A stretch of DNA of 64,000 bases, from NCBI RefSeq assembly GCF_009914755.1, contig NC_060936.1; one strand, given 5' to 3'. This stretch comes from the human T2T-CHM13v2.0 reference genome, Homo sapiens. The position numbers were made by a program, and so were the translations under genes. Positions 62,917-64,000 of the stretch are shown here, one piece after another. Below the pieces are notes generated by a model that saw only the letters and a program-made list of their open reading frames with translations, was not told the DNA's origin and made no database searches. How positions within the stretch are numbered: the stretch's first letter is position 1; each line of letters begins with the position of its first letter.

Positions 62917-64000
62917 GTAAGCACCCCGGCAGAGTGCTGCTGCCTTCTCATTCATTCACTTGTTCATTAGTTCATTACCCCAGTGTTTACTGAGCCAGTA
63001 AATAGGGGAGGGTGTGCTGTGGTGGAAATGACATCTTCAGGAATGTTGTTGGCCTTGGCGCTGGCAAAATTCCCAATGAACTAAGAAATTGCGAAGAGGA
63101 CGTCCCCAGTGAGGTCAAGAAGTGGAGTGGTTTTTTGGCAGGTATTGTGCCTTTAGGTGAAACTGCTTTCTTTGCCTCTGTTCTTGTGAAAAAAGATGTT
63201 GTGGTTTCCTACAAGAATACTTTAAAAGAAAATTGCCCCTTAATTTTTAAAAAATTTGTCTTAGTTTTTAGGATTTGATCCTGATGATAATGATACACTG
63301 GACAGTAACCTGTAACACTGACTTTGGGGGATTTTTTTCTGATGTCAGTGACTGTGACAACAGAGTCTTCCACACTGTGATACCCATCATGATCAAGAGA
63401 TAATCACTGGAAATGTATTAACGTTTGCAATAGGGGTTGCTTTTCTTATTTTTTATCCTCTCTTTTGCTTCCTTCCCTGGACAGCCATCGTCATGACCCA
63501 CAGCTTGAGCCTGGAAGTGTTCAACTACAGAATTGGAATATTTTCATTTACGCAACCTTCTCCCCCTCCCATCCTGCAAATCTCTCCTGCCTCCAACAAG
63601 GGTGACTTGAAGAAAGGAAGAGGAGGAGCTTGAGGAGTGGGATGAGAGGGGAGAAGGGAAAGGAACCAGGGAAGGAATATCAAAACAAGAGCAAAGAGCA
63701 TATACAGGAAGAGATGGTAGGAAATAAAGATGGTAGCGCCTAGGAGGCCTCAGCGTCATTCAGAAGCAGGGAAAAGAATCAATGTAACTCAAGAAAGGAT
63801 GAAAATACCCTTTCTTCCCATCCACGTGTTTCCATCTCAATCCTCACAGGGTCCTGGTCCTGAAGTGTGGAGCAAGGAGTTGGGGAGCTCACAGCTGGGC
63901 AAAGAAAGTCTTAACAGTAACAGAGAATCCTTTATATATCTGTTTATTTGACTCGAGGGTCCTCCTCGGCCAGGGATTATTTGGGGGAAATAACTGGCTT

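Overview
Human genomic DNA (a human-specific AluYb8 is present) that I recognise as the MRPS35-MANSC4-KLHL42 locus (12p11 from recall). It holds the last five coding exons and 3'UTR of MRPS35 (+, mitoribosomal small-subunit protein mS35). The complete three-exon CDS of MANSC4 lies on the - strand (229+135+659 = 1023 nt, 340 aa, type-I membrane protein). A CpG island and coding exon 1 of KLHL42 (+, BTB-Kelch CUL3 adaptor) sit head-to-head with MANSC4. The rest is intronic or intergenic and repeat-rich: about 60 Alu copies/fragments, L1, Tigger/MER2, MER5, MaLR and ERV LTRs, and a retroposed Y1 RNA. Nearly all other ORFs in the track are repeat-derived noise. I found no convincing new multi-gene system. 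Best second-look items: a 24-nt candidate microexon and uORF-laden leader for MANSC4, a divergent pair of CTCF-like sites (one with the upstream motif), a copy of a MRPS35 exon-8 segment in the preceding intron, dual-frame use of exon 7, strong-context in-frame CUGs upstream of KLHL42, and the shared bidirectional promoter. Repeat subfamily names are from memory of consensus sequences, and repeat boundaries are approximate.
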